The notes: a model not told the origin generated them from the sequence alone. A stretch of DNA of 64,000 nt from Paraspadella gotoi (GCA_051294375.1 CM119265.1:21452278-21516277); one strand, 5' to 3'; shown: positions 9,764-24,754, counted from the first letter of the stretch. Program-made: numbers and translations.

Positions 9764-9872
9764 AAGGGATAATTTAACATAAACAATAACATTAACCATA
9801 CAATCACCGCGTTCTGGTCCTAATACCAACGGAGAGCGCGTGACATCTATCGGGCGAAAAGCCCAATCCTAC

Positions 9873-10372
9873 CTGTAATATCTCGCGGGCATGGCGAGAG
9901 CAGAGTTGATGTCCTCGTGGTCGAACTCTTCGAAGTCGATCTCCGCCAGGTTCGCGTCGAGATTCATGCGAAAACAAATGTCCTCCGTGATCACTTGTTC
10001 GTCGTCGTCGGACAAGAGGGCGCGCCGCCCGTTGCCCGCCGGAGCGGCGTATTCCGGTGCCTGATTTGGCGGCTGTTGTTGTTGCTGCTGTTGTTGCTGG
10101 CGTTGCGCGAGGCTTTGTTGCTGTTGTTGCTGTTGCTGCCGTCGCTGGGAAATTTGCAGCTGCCGCTCGTTCGGTTCATCCTCGAGTTTTTCGGTGGAGG
10201 ATTCGAATTCCGTCTCGGGACTCGCCAGCGGGGGCGCCTTTTGCTGTTGCTGTTGCTGTTGCTGTTGTTGCTGCTGCTGCAGAAGGTTGCGCTGTTGCCT
10301 GTGCGCCGTGTTGTTGGTCATCGTCGGCTCGCGTCGGTTGGCTACGTCGACTGCCGAAGGAAGCACGAGTCC
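9873..10372 (-). CDS. RUSC-like coding exon with polyQ tracts
   Basis: cattacag acceptor, AG|GTAGGA donor; frame of ORF 9869..10387 (GLVLPSAV...QQQQ...NLAEIDFEEFDHEDINSALAMPARYY); phase 0 in, phase 2 out. Confidence 0.8.
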
Positions 10373-11730
10373 CTGTAATGTAAACAATAAAAGGTAAACA
10401 TTGTGAAAGGGAAAAATGCATCAGGTACGACAGCGAAATATAACATGGAATTACCAGAAAGTAATCGAGTTTATAATTTACTATAGTCCAGAAATAGACA
10501 AAATTACGCCGAATATTAAAACGGAATATTGAAGATTAAAAAGATAAAAGCAGACGCGACCGGCAACGAAACCGATGACGAGACAAAACGTTCCCGCCCT
10601 GCGCTGAGAGTAAACATTTCAAAAACAAAATGCGAACCAATGACTTAGATTGAAAGAATATTCAGGAAAAAGATAAGATTGTAATTAAATAACATTAACA
10701 ATACGGCAAAGCGTAAAAGCGCTGCGGTCGACAAAAGAACATCGTTTTTCTTGTAACGTGGATACGAGTAAGGAGTGAGGATATGATCGTTGAATGGGTT
10801 AATTCTGGCGGATGAAATTCAATCATTTCGAACCACCACCGAGTTATCCCGGCGGTGATCTTGTAAAAGTTTGATCTTGGGTGATATTAAAGTCATTCTA
10901 GGGTGATCATAGGTGATCGAGTGATTCTTTTGGAGATCCTCGGCTGTATTCCAAAAAAACAAACCTTGGGGAGTGATCTGGCAAGATCATAGATTGTCGG
11001 GAAAAAAGCTCTGGAGATATGTAGTCGGATTTCGTGGATAGATATACGCAACATTAATTAATGGTTATTGGAGGAGGAGGAAGGAGGAGGAAAGAGGCAT
11101 GGATGGAAACGACGAACGTTGATAGATTATCATGAAAGGAAACTCGACTCTGAAACCAAGAGTTTTACATTTACTTTCCACGTCCAATGTTCATGGTTCG
11201 ATTTGAAATTGGATCAGAATTATAAGCCGTCGCGGAGCGAGACACAGACGAGTCCCAGATTTACCCGCGGATTCGTTCTTATTTTCGCGCATGATTTGGA
11301 CGGAATTCGTCATCGTCACCTTTGATAAAAGGTACGTTTTAAATTATTGGGTTTTTTTTTGGAGGGGGGGTAGTAACATCTTCATCTGTTTTAGTATCAC
11401 ACTGGAATTATTACAAATTTGTACTTTGTCGAACTTTAGTCTCTGAAAGCATCTTTCCGAAGTAATCAATGAAATTTACTAACTTGGCTAATTCAATCCA
11501 GTACATTTCGCTTAACACGAATCCATTCATTTCCAAAACGAATAGAATTCTTTTTTTTGTTTCTCCAAATTCGACATAAATCGTCGTCCGAGTCGAAAAA
11601 ACTTCCCTTTTCGATCGAAAATCGATTCTAAAAGAGGAATGAATCGAAATTTCTTGCCGTGAAGGTGATCACAAAACGGGGGAGTTATTTACTCAAACAA
11701 TTCGCGTTTCTGGAGGTTGGGGGGGATAGG

Positions 11731-11755
11731 GAGAGAGAGAGAGAGAGAAGAGAGA

Positions 11756-11821
<66 letters not shown>

Positions 11822-11836
11822 AGGAGAGAGAGAGAA
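11731..11836 (+). repeat. (GA)n microsatellite, paired with a (TC)n tract at ~12220-12292
   Basis: direct reading. Confidence 0.95.
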
Positions 11837-12227
11837 ACGCTATAAAAATAGAGAAATAGCGAAGAAGAAAAACGAGAAGCATTCACACAAAAAAAAAACT
11901 TTTCAAAAAAGTTGTAAAAAGAAATTTAAAGTAAACGGAAAAACGGTTTTCGGTCCGTTCTTTCCCCTCAAAAAAAAAAAAGCAAAAGAAAAAAAATAGA
12001 GCGAATAAATTGAGATTAAAATCTGTAAATCTGAAAGAAAAAAAAAACTCTTTCTCTTATTCGTGAAGACTTTCGTCTATTGCTTTTTGGGATAAGAAGA
12101 AAGTTTGTGTGCTGCGAGCCAAGAAAAAATACCTCTGGCTCTGTTAGTCATACGAGGAAGGGACTTCGATGGAAAAGAGCATTAACAGCGTTTACGATAC
12201 TGACAGAAATGAAAAATCTTCCTCCCT

Positions 12228-12281
<54 letters not shown>

Positions 12282-13525
12282 TCTCTTCTCTCCTTCCAAC
12301 TTCACGCTAATAGACACACTCGCGAGGAAGAAAGCCAGTCTTCACGCTGTGAATTTATTCTCGATTTTGTCGTTCAAGTGTTTTTTTTTCTGTGAATAAA
12401 AAAAGAGAAACGTGGAGAGAGAGAAGAATTCTTGGGATCGGATTCAAGAGTCGTCACAGTCTCTCTCGCCTTTTTTTCGTTCTTTCCCCTCGATTGCTCG
12501 TTTCGTGATACTCAGTTTGGCGTGCGAATGATGGCAGTGATCTGGAAAAAGATTCTCTGGCAACTGGCCGAAGATTCACTTTATTAAGCATCTTAAGACG
12601 CACGGGGAACAGGTGGACTTTCTTTTCCGACGACAATGGATGATGATGACTATCATGCCGAAAACATAGACTTGTTGATTTTTAACAAACACGCAACATC
12701 CCTCTGCATTGACAACCCTGACTAACAAACAACACAAATCAAAAAAAATATGATTTATCATCGCTCGAGTGGCACAATTTAAAATCAAATTAAAGGTTTT
12801 TAAGTGACATTTTGGCAAACAACTGCTGGCGCTTACATTGTCCATTATCCAAAAAAACATATTTCTCTAAGAAGGCAACCCCTGACTTAATGCGGCAGAA
12901 TTCGTCAGTGATACAGAAACAAAATCCAAACAGCGAATTGATATTCACTCTCTATCCTTCACGCTTCATCGTCCTGGGTTCAAACTGAGTTCAAATTCTT
13001 CAGAGCTGAACGAATTTGGATGTAGCAAAAAACTCAAAGAAAAAAGCAAAAACCGAAAAAAAAAAGCAAAAAATTTCGTGGAAGAAAAACTTTTTTTGGC
13101 GCAGGACGTAAACTCCTTAATTTTTCCCCTTTTTAAGGAATCTTTTTGAAAGAGATCCTCTAGAAATTTCGGGCGCCTTAAATCCTTTTTCCAAGCTGTT
13201 GATCGGGTTCTTTCGAATCACATCCCGAAAATCGATAGACGAGTTCATTTGCGGAGACCTCTGGTCGTTACTTCATTTTAGTCGATTTGGAAGTTGCACT
13301 TAAAGTCTGATCCTTTCCCTAAATGCACATTTGGACATGTCCGCGCGTTCTTCGTCTGAAGCGGCCTTTTTTTTTCCTCTCTCCGCCTCTCCGCTCATCC
13401 CCCTTCCCTCGCCCGACGGCCATGTTCCTTCTCGTTCTTCCTCCTCATTCTCCTCATTCACCTTTTGTTTTTCCATCGTCGCGTTCTGCGCCGACAGAGT
13501 CGTCGTCGAGATGCGCGCCCAAAAA

Positions 13526-13836
13526 TTGTATTTTCGTTTCGACTCGAACTCTCAGGACGACGACAACCACCAATGGCGGACGACGCCCATCGACCGACGA
13601 CGACGCCGGCTGGTGCAGCGCGTCGCCCCGCATCAGCGTCTTGGCGGCCGGTCGGTGAACCCGGCGTTTCCGGCGCGGTTCCTCCGCCTCGCCTTCGCGG
13701 CGCCGTCCTGGTGCCGGCGGTGAGGGGCGACGGCGACGACGACGACGAAACCGCGACGGACGTTCGAAGCCGCCTAGTTGCAGATTCAAGCCATCATCAT
13801 TGGTGAAGCCGAATCATCACGCCCAACACGATTCAG
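13526..13836 (+). other. inverted, indel-noisy copy of the candidate alternative first exon (18613-18913)
   Basis: same sequence ending cccaacacgattcag|gtgaga, with extra bases that break the frame. Confidence 0.7.
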
Positions 13837-14539
13837 GTGAGAAGTTGTTTTATTATAATTACAATCATAAAACTATAGAACGTATTTAATGTAATGTAAA
13901 GTAATGTAACGCTTACATCTTAATTTAAAAAAATGCCCCCTTTCGACATTTCCTCATTCGTGGATTTCATTGATGCGGCCTGACAGTTTAAAATAATTCA
14001 AAGGAAATCCATTAATTAAAAAAAAGGTCCCCGCAGGGTGCGACAAATTTTCGTAAAACGAATTAAGAATGCGCGGGAGTAAAATAGACTTTTTTTTTTT
14101 TTGCATTCACCGAAGAGGCCAACTCGTTTCGCGGCGCATGGGCCGTTCTAGGAAATGCTTATTCAAGAACTCTCGTGATATAAAATCTAGAAATGGAAAC
14201 GATTTAAATATAATTGCCTTGAGAACTAAAAGTTTCCCGAGAATTAATTTTTATCGTCTTTAAATTAAAAAAATCGCAATTTTTGATTTTTTACAAGGTT
14301 TGTAGTATTAAGAAAAAGTAGAAAAACATAAATTATATATAACAGTTTTATTAATTTTTAAGAAATTTTGCCAACACGATAAGCATTTTTGTTCTCCAAT
14401 TTATTTTGTAAATTTACTGACAATTGACAAAAAGTGTTGACGTCATTGGCATTACAAAACAAAAGCGGTGAAGTGAATCCTCACAGTCAATTCGGTTTTG
14501 ACGATATTTCGGTTTCCGCCCCTCTATTAAATTGAAAAA

Positions 14540-14608
<69 letters not shown>

Positions 14609-15259
14609 GCAGAAAGGGCAAGAGAATGGGCCAATTGAAATAGTAGAAGTGAAAGGGGCACGTGAAGGGATAGAAGTGAGGATTGGGAATGAAGAAGTGC
14701 GAGTGCGTGTAGAAGTTGAAGCGGAAAAGCGGGAAGCAAGGAGGGAAGAAAAGTGAAGGGAATCAAATAATCGGGAGAAAAGAGTAATCAGAGTATAAAC
14801 GATAAAAAGAATCGAGGCGGTTGAAAATAAAAAGGAAATTGTGCGGACGTAGAGCAAGGAGAAGCGGTTGAGACCAAGCGAGTAGGATATTCATGGCTGG
14901 AAAACCACAGACACGTTGTTTTTTATATAAAAGGAATTTCTCGTTCGACGACGAGGATCGCGAAGAGCTAGAGACGAAGCAGAGCTTTCCGACTCATAAA
15001 CCCTAAGTCAGCGAAAATTGAAGACGCTTGTCGTAGAGATGCTTCTCTGCATCTCTCTCTGATCTCTCGTCTCATCTCTCTCTCTCTACTCTCTCATACT
15101 CTCTCTGCTCTCTCTCTTGCTCTCTTCTCTCTCTTCTCTCTCTCTTCTCGCTCTCTCCCGACTCCTGTTATTGCGCCGATGGACAGCATGCCGTACGCGT
15201 TTGTTTGCTCGTTCCTGCTCTCCTCTCTCTCTCTCCTCTTCTCTCTCTCTCTCTCCTCT

Positions 15260-15312
<53 letters not shown>

Positions 15313-15337
15313 NNNNNNNNNNNNNNNNNNNNNNNNN
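15313..15337. other. assembly gap (25 N)
   Basis: N run. Confidence 1.
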
Positions 15338-16364
<1,027 letters not shown>

Positions 16365-16389
16365 NNNNNNNNNNNNNNNNNNNNNNNNN
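16365..16389. other. assembly gap (25 N)
   Basis: N run. Confidence 1.
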
Positions 16390-17258
16390 TTGAGTCAATG
16401 GATTTGGCTGACAGATGGTGGAACGGTGCGCGGTGTGAATATAACGCCACAAAGGGATAATTTAACATAAACAATATTAACCATACGAATCACCGCGTCT
16501 GGTCCTAATACCAACGGAGAGCGCGTGACATCTATCGGGCGAAAAGCCAATCCTACCTGTAATATCTCGCGGGCATGGCGAGAGAGATTGATGTCCTCGT
16601 GGTCGAACTCTTCGAAGTCGATCTCCGCCAGGTTCGCGTCGAGATTCATGCGAAAACAAATGTCCTCCGTGATCACTTGTTCGTCGTCGTCGGACAAGAG
16701 GGCGCGCCGCCCGTTGCCCGCCGGCAGCGGCGTATTCCGGTGCCTGATTTGGCGTCTGTTGTTGTTGCTGCCTGTTGTTGATGGCGTTGCGCGAGGCTTT
16801 GTTGCTGTTGTTGCTGTTGCTGCCGTCGCTGGGAAATTTGCAGCTGCCGCTCGTTCGGTTCATCCTCGAGTTTTTCGGTGGAGGACTTCGAATTCCGTCT
16901 CGGGACTCGCCAGCGGGGCGCCTTTGCTGTTGCTGTTGCTGTTGCTGTGTTGCTGCTGCTGCAGAAGGTTGCGCTGTTGCCTGTGCGCCGTGTTGTTGGT
17001 CATCGTCGGCTCGCGTCGGTTGGCTACGTCGACTGCCGAAGGAAGCACGAGTCCCTGTAATGTAAAAATAAAAGGTAAACATTGTGAAGGGAAAATGCAT
17101 CAGGTACGACAGCGACGAATATAACATGGAATTACCAGAAAGTAATCGAGTTTATAATTTCTATAGTCCAGAAATAGACAAAATTACGCCGAATATTAAA
17201 ACGGAATATTGAAGATTAATAAAAGATAAAAGCAAGACGCGACCGGCAACGAAACGAT

Positions 17259-17260
<2 letters not shown>
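16390..17260 (+). repeat. noisy direct copy of 9704-10580 (LTR end plus polyQ exon)
   Basis: same sequence with scattered single-base indels; exon copy at 16557-17054 on the minus strand. Confidence 0.9.
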
Positions 17261-17340
<80 letters not shown>

Positions 17341-17395
17341 AGAGAGAACGGAGCAAACAAACGCGAAACGGAGCGTCCATCGGCGCATAACAGGG

Positions 17396-17496
<101 letters not shown>

Positions 17497-17873
17497 AGGA
17501 GAGAGAGCATAGACCAAGCGTCTCAATTTTTCGCTGACTTAGGTTTGAGCCGGAAGCTCGCTTCGCTCGAGCTGCGATCCTGCGTCGAACGGAAATCCTT
17601 TTAAAAAAACCGTTGGGGTTTTCCAGTCATCCCTAACTCCTTTCACTCCCAATTTCCTTTTTCTTTTCACCCGCCGATTCTTTTTCAGTTTATACTCTGA
17701 TTCCTCTTTTCCTTCGATATTTGATTCCCTTCACTTTCTTTCCCTCCTTGCTTCCCTTTTCCCTCACTTCTACACGCACTTCGCACTTCTTCATTCCCAA
17801 TCCTCACTTCTACCCTTCACTCCCCTTTCACTTCTACCTATTTCAATTGGCCATTTCTCTTGCCCTTTCTCAA

Positions 17874-17938
<65 letters not shown>

Positions 17939-18612
17939 CAATTTAATAGAGCGGAACCGAAATATCGTCAAACCCGAATTGACTGTGAGGATTCACTTCA
18001 CCGCTTTTGTTTTGTAATGCAATGACGTCACACTTTTTGTCAATGTCAGTAAATTTACAAATAATTGAGAACAAAAATGCTTATCGTGTTGGCAAAATTT
18101 CTTAAAAACAATAAAACTGTATATATATTTAGTTTTTCTACTTTTCTAATCTACAAACCTTTAAAAAACTCAAAAATTGCTTTTTTTTTTAATTTAAAGA
18201 CGATAAAAATTAATTCTCGGGAAACTTTTAGTTCTCTGGCAATTATAATTTAATCGTTTCATTTCTAATTTTATATCACGAGAGTTCTGAATAAGATAAG
18301 CCATTTCCGTAAACGCCCATGCGCCGCGAAACGAGGTTGGCCTCTACGGTGAATGCAAAAAAAAAAGTCTATTTACTCCCGCGATTCTTAATTCGTTTAG
18401 CTGAAAATTGTCGCACCCTGCAGGGGACCTTTTTTTTTAATTTAATGGATTTCCCTTTGAATTATTTTCAACTGTCAGGCCCATCATGAATCTACGAATT
18501 GAGGAATGTCGGAAGGCATTTTTTTTAAAAATTAAGATGTAACTTACATTACTTTACATTACATTGTAAGTTCTCTAGTTATGATTGTAATTATGATAAA
18601 ACAACTTCTCAC

Positions 18613-18913
18613 CTGAATCGTGTTGGGCGTGAGATTCGGCTTCACCAATTGATGATGCTTGATCTGCAACAGCGGCTTCGACGTCGTCGCGTTCGTCGTC
18701 GTCGTCGCCGTCGCCCTCACCGCCGGCACCAGGGACGGCGCCGCGAAGGCCGAGGCGGAGGAACCGGCGCCGGAAACGCCGGGTTTCACCGACGGCGCCA
18801 GACGCTGATGCGGGGCGACGCGCTGCACCAGCGGCGTCGTCGTCGGTCGATGGGCGTCGTCGCCATTGTGGTTGTCGTCGTCCTGAGAGTTCGGAGTCGA
18901 AACGAAAATACAT
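18613..18913 (-). CDS. candidate alternative first coding exon of the RUSC-like gene
   Basis: consensus of the two copies gives MYFRFDSNSQDDDNHNGDDAHRPTTTPLVQRVAPHQ...KPNLTPNTIQ|GTGAGA; phase 0 donor matches the polyQ exon acceptor; this copy needs one base removed. Confidence 0.55.
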
Positions 18914-20138
18914 TTTTGGGCGTCGATCTCGACGACGACTCTGTCGGCGACGACGCGACGATGGAAAAACAAAAGGTGAATGAGGAGAATGAGGAGGAGA
19001 ACGAGAAGGAACATGGCCGTCGGGCGGAGGGGAAGGGGGATGAGCGGAGAGCGGAGAGCGGAGAGAGAGAGAGAGAAAAAAAGGCCGCTTCAGACGAAGA
19101 ACCGGGACATGTCAAAATTGTGCATTTAGGGAAAGGGATCAGATTTTACTGCCAACTTCAAATCGACTAAAATGAGTAACGACCAAGAGCGTCTCGCAAA
19201 TGACTCGTCTATCGATTTCACGGATGTGATTCGAAAGAACCCGCATCAACAGCTTGGAAAAGGATTTAGGCGCCCGAAATTTCTAGAGGATCTCTTTCAA
19301 AAAGATTCTTAAAAAGGGGGAAAAAAAATTAAAGGAGTTTACGTACTGCGCCCAAAAAAGTTTTTCTTCCACGAAATTTTTTGCTTTTTTTTTCGGTTTT
19401 TGCTTTTTTCTTTTGGGTTTTTGCTCCATCCAAATTCGTTCGCTCTGAAGAATTTGAACTCAGTTTGAACCCAGGACGGATGAGCGTGAAGGATCAGAGA
19501 GTGAATATTAATTCGCGGTTTGGATTTGTTTCTGTATCACTTGACGATTCTTGCCGCATTAGTCAGGGGTTGCTTCTTAGAGAAATATGTTTTTTTGGAT
19601 AATGACAATGTAGCGGCAGCAGTTTGTTTGCAAAATGTCACTTAAAAACTTTAATTTGATTTTAAATGTGCCCACTCGACGATGATAATCATATTTTTTT
19701 GATTTGTGTTGTGTTAGTCAGGGTGTCAATGAGAGGATGTTGCGTGTTTGTTAAAAAATAACAAGTCTATGTTTTTCGGCATGATAGTCATCCATCCATC
19801 CATTGGTCGGTCGGAAAAGGAAGTCCACCCGTTCCCCGTGCGTCTTAAGATGCTTAATAAAGTGAATCTTCGGCAAGTTGCCAAGAATCTTTTTCACAGT
19901 CACAGGCCCATCTTTCGCCGCCAAACTGAGTATCACGACGAGAATCGAGGGGAAGAGCGAAAAAAGGCGAGAGAGACTGACTGACTCTTGAATCTCGATC
20001 CCAAGAATTTCTCTCTCTCTCCAGCGGTTTTCTCTTTTTTTATTTCACAGAAAAAAAAACACTTGAACGACAAAATCGAGGAATAAATTCACAGCGTGAA
20101 GACTGGCTTTCTTCCAGAGAGAGAGAGAGAAAGAGAGA

Positions 20139-20220
<82 letters not shown>

Positions 20221-20573
20221 CTATAAAAATAGAGAAATAGCGAAGAAGAAAAACGAGAAGCATTCGACACAAAAAAAAACTTTTCCAAAACAGTTGTAAA
20301 AAGAAATTTAAAGTAAACGGAAAACGGTTTTTCGTCTTCCCCTCAAAAAAAGCAAAAAGAAAAAAAATAGAGGAATAAATTGAGATTAAATCTGTAAATC
20401 TGAAAGAAAAAAAAAACTCTTTCTCTTTATTCGTGAAGACTTTGCTTATGCTTTTTGGGATAAGAAGAAAGTTTGTGCTGCGAGCAAGAAAATACCTCTG
20501 GCTCTGTTAGTCATTACGAGGAAGGGACTTCGATGAAAAGAGCATTAACAGCTTTACGATACTGACAGAAATG

Positions 20574-20670
<97 letters not shown>

Positions 20671-20704
20671 CTCCCAAACTTCAACGCTAATAGACACACT
20701 CGGA

Positions 20705-20729
20705 NNNNNNNNNNNNNNNNNNNNNNNNN
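20705..20729. other. assembly gap (25 N) at the centre of a local fold-back
   Basis: N run; ~20130-20600 is the reverse complement of ~20740-21200. Confidence 0.95.
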
Positions 20730-21102
20730 AGAGAGAGAGAGAGAGAGTTTTTCATTTCTGTCAGTATCGTAAAGCTGTTAATGCTCTTTTCATCGAAGTC
20801 CCTTCCTCGTAATGACTAACAGAGCCAGAGGTATTTTCTTGCTCGCAGCACAAACTTCTTCTTATCCCAAAAAGCATAGACGAAAGTCTTCACGAATAAA
20901 GAGAAAGAGGTTTTTTTTTTCAGATTTACAGATTTAATCTCAATTTATTCCTCTATTTTTTTTTTCTTTTGCTTTTTTTGAGGGGGAAGACGAAAAACGT
21001 TTCGTTTACTTTAAATTTCTTTTTACAACTGTTTTGAAAAGTTTTTTTTTTTGTGTGAATGCTTCTCGTTTTTCTTCTTCGCTATTTCTCTATTTTTATA
21101 GC

Positions 21103-21204
<102 letters not shown>

Positions 21205-23700
21205 CCCTATCCCCCCCAACCTCCAGAAACGCGAAATTGTTTGAGTAAATAACTCCCCCGTTTTGTGATCAACTTCACGGCAGAAATTTCGATTCATTCC
21301 TCTTTAGAATCGATTTTCGGGATCGAAAAGGGAAGTTTTTCGACTCGGCCGACGATTTATGTCGAATTTGGAGAAACAAAAAAAGAATTCTATTCGTTTT
21401 GGAAATGAATGGATTCGTGTTAAGCGAATGTACTGGATTGAATTAGCAAGTAGTAAATTTCATTGATACTCGGAAAGATGCTTTCAGAAGAACTAAAGTT
21501 CGACAAAGTACAATTTGTAATAATTCCAGTGTGATACTAAAACAGATGAAGATTTACCTAACCCCCCCTCCAAAAAAACACCCAATAATTTAAAACGTAC
21601 CTTTTATCAAAGGTGACGATGGACGAATTCCGTCAAATCATGCGCGAAAATAAGAACGAACTCCGCGGGTAAATCTGGGACTCGTCTGTGTCTCTTCCGC
21701 GACGGCTTATAATTCTGACCCCAATTTCAAATCGAACCATGAACATTGACGTGGAAAGTTTAAATGAAAAATCTTGGTTTCGAGTCGAGTTTCCTTCATG
21801 ATATCTCAACGTCGTCGTTTCATCCTCCTCTTCCTCCTCCTTCCTCCTCCTCCAATAACCATTTATTAATGTTTTGCGTATATCTATCCACGAAATCCGA
21901 CTATCAATCTCCAGAGCTTTTTTCCCGACAATCTATGATCTTGCCAAGATCACTCCCAGTTTTTTTTTTGGAATACAGCCCGAGGATCTCCAAAGAATCA
22001 CTCGATCACCTATGATCACCCTAGAATGACTTTAATCACCCAAGATCACTTTACAAGATCACCCCGGGATCAACTCGCGTGGTGGTATCGAAATGATTGA
22101 ATTTCATCCGCCAGAATTAACCCATTCAACGATCATTCCCACTCCTTACTTCGTATCCACGTTACAAGAAAAACGAGGTTCTTTTTGTCGACCGCAGCGC
22201 TTTACGTTTGCCGATTTAGGGGTAGCCGCTCTCAATGGGTGAGTCAAAAAATTTAGAGTGAGTACATGCTCAAACGAATATTTAGCACATTTTTAAGAAT
22301 AATTTCAATGGACAAAAAATTTCTAATATGGCTCTATACCCTAGTAATTAATTTTTAATATTTATTTATAGATAGGAAAAGGCAAAATTTTTTTTTGAAT
22401 TTTTAAATTTAAGACCAGATTCAGATAGCTCATAAAAAGTTGTCTACACAAAGTATGATTCTTTTTTAAATATTTTACGATAAGATGGTGTCAAAAATAA
22501 GAAAACAACTATAAAAAATCATCATCATTATCATCTTTCGATGATTTTATCAGTTTTTTATATTTTCACTTAGAAAACGTAAGAATTTTTAAAGCTGTAA
22601 TTATATTTCTTGTTTACTTTTTCATGCTCTATCAGAATCCTCAAAAAATTTAAGATTAAAAAAAAAAAATTTTTTTTGCGTCACTATAATAAATATAATA
22701 TATATTGGTTGTACCAATTTCATAATATTTTAATTAGGCGAGTTACCATCACTCAGAAGAAAGCATTGTTAGACAACAAAATATTATTTAAACCATATCT
22801 ATGGTCATCGATAGATTATTTTAACGCTGTATACATAGCATTTAAATTTCACGGCTATGGCTACCGTATTGTATTAATTACATCTTATCTTTTTCCTGAA
22901 TATTCTTTCAATCTTAAGTCATTGGTTCGTCATTCGTTTGAATGTTTACTCTCATCCAGGCGGGAACGTTTGGCCTCTTAATACACAATAAAGGCTCCGA
23001 TGAAATGTCTCGATGGAGGGAAGAGAGTGAAGAGAAAACGAGATGCTTTTGAAATTCGGTCGAGATTTTCAGGTTTGATTTATGTTCAATGAACCCACAT
23101 CAGATGGCTAAGCTTCAGCGATAAGACTAAATCCCCGAAATGGCACAGATTAGTACTAAACTACTTCTCATCTGATCTGATAGTGACAAGCCTTAAGCTT
23201 TAAAAGAAAGTCCTCATGCGACGAGATTTGATCACGTGGAAAAAAACAAATCGAAAACGCAAAAACCTCAAGAAGAAACCCAAACGGTTTGGCCAGAGAT
23301 TGGCAAGGGAGCGAAGAGAGAATCAATGCAACAAAGCTTAAATAAACCAGAGATTTGGCGAAAAGCCAAGAAAGAAATATAAGAAAAAAACACAAACTGC
23401 ACTTTCCACGGAGAAGGCAATATGTAACCGAAAATGGTGAACTTTTTCTCCAGAGCAATTTTGAAAATAAATATTATAAGTCAATTATGACTTTTAATTA
23501 CTGACTAAAAAATTATTTAAAAAATGTGTTGACATTGTAATTTTAAAGGTAAGATCTAAATTAAAAGGAATGAATTTATAACTTACGAAGCCCAAGATAG
23601 CCCTAGCCCTAGCTCTTTAATAACTGCCACCGAAATTCATAAATTCACTCAGGATTACTAAATATATAAATTAAACATAATTTTCATTTCTAGAACCGAC

Positions 23701-24448
23701 CTGCATAATAATGGGAACCGATGCTCTTTTGTCGTCGGATTCGACTGCTGTCGACAACGACCCTGGCGGCTGCGTGGGATTCGTTTGTCCTTCTGTTTTA
23801 CCAGAAGTCGCTTCGAACAACAAAGGGCGAAGATGATCAAGTTCTTTGTTGAGACTCGGAGGAGGAGGAAGGGGAGTGGAGTCAAGGTCGTTGGGGAGAA
23901 GGGGAGGAAAAGAAAGAGAAGGAGGAACGAGATCGAGAGGGAAAATAGATTCGTCGACGGTCGGCGTCAATTTCGCCTCGTCGATCGGAGAAGCGGCGTC
24001 AAAGCTCGAAGCGCCGTCGAGGGAAAGCGTGCCGTCGTCGTTTAGCGGCGTGGAAGGGCTACAGAGGGTGTCGTGCCCGACCGGCGTGGAAGGGCTGCCC
24101 GGGGTCGGCGAAAAGACGGTGACGGGATCTTCGGGGGACGTGAGATCTTCGTCGAGAGTCTCCTCCGAATCTGGTGACGCGATCACGTAGGAGACGTTGA
24201 GATTCCGAGGGTGGTGGTCGTCGAGGGGGCTACCGGGGTGGTCGCGGGGATGCTCGAGCGGGTAGTCCGATCCTTCGCAGTCGAAGGTTCGATCGAGGGT
24301 CGAGGGTCGTCGCGGCGCGAGAGGACGATTGTCGAGCCTCTCGTCGGAACTGTCTTCGCCTCGAATCTTTTGTTGCTGCTGCTGTTTTTGCTGCTGCTCT
24401 AGTTCTGTTTGCGGCGGCTGGTTGTCAACGGGTGGGTTTTTGGTTGGG
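23701..24448 (-). CDS. Pro/Ser/Asp-rich coding exon, probable upstream exon of a long RUSC-like isoform
   Basis: frame of ORF 23671..24669; ttccacag acceptor, CAG|GTCGGT donor; phase 2 in, phase 0 out (compatible with the exon starting at 10372 / 17054). Confidence 0.7.
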
Positions 24449-24754
24449 CTGTGGAAAGAAAGATAAGTATTCGTAAAATGTTTTCGGTTGTCCCGGATTT
24501 TTAAAATTAAATAGGATAAAGAGAAATAAGCAAACAAATAAGCAAACAAACAAATTCGACCAACCCATTCGACTTTCGTTTTGAATTCATTGAATTTTTT
24601 TAATCTGTCTCGAATTATTCGCGTTCCTGTACTCTTGCTGTGTCTTTCTTTTTTAATTAGCCACAACAACTTGATTTTTTTTTTTACCTTCTTGTTATGA
24701 TTTTCTTCAATTAGAAACTTAACGTATCCCCGAAAATCCCCATTTTGGGCTCAC

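Larger units (their letters stand above)
10583..15312 (-). repeat. inverted copy of segment ~17262-22975 (lacks 22214-22866)
   Basis: 10726-10790 is the reverse complement of 22140-22200; 10590-10705 of 22867-22975; 13340-13860 of 18590-19110; indel noise increases toward the N gap. Confidence 0.85.

Noticed and set aside
23200-23460. Lys/Arg-rich plus-strand stretch (MRRDLITWKK...QCNKA*INQRFGEKPRKKYKK) vaguely like a non-LTR retrotransposon ORF fragment
   Set aside because: Too short, interrupted by a stop, no reverse transcriptase motif, and located in noisy sequence
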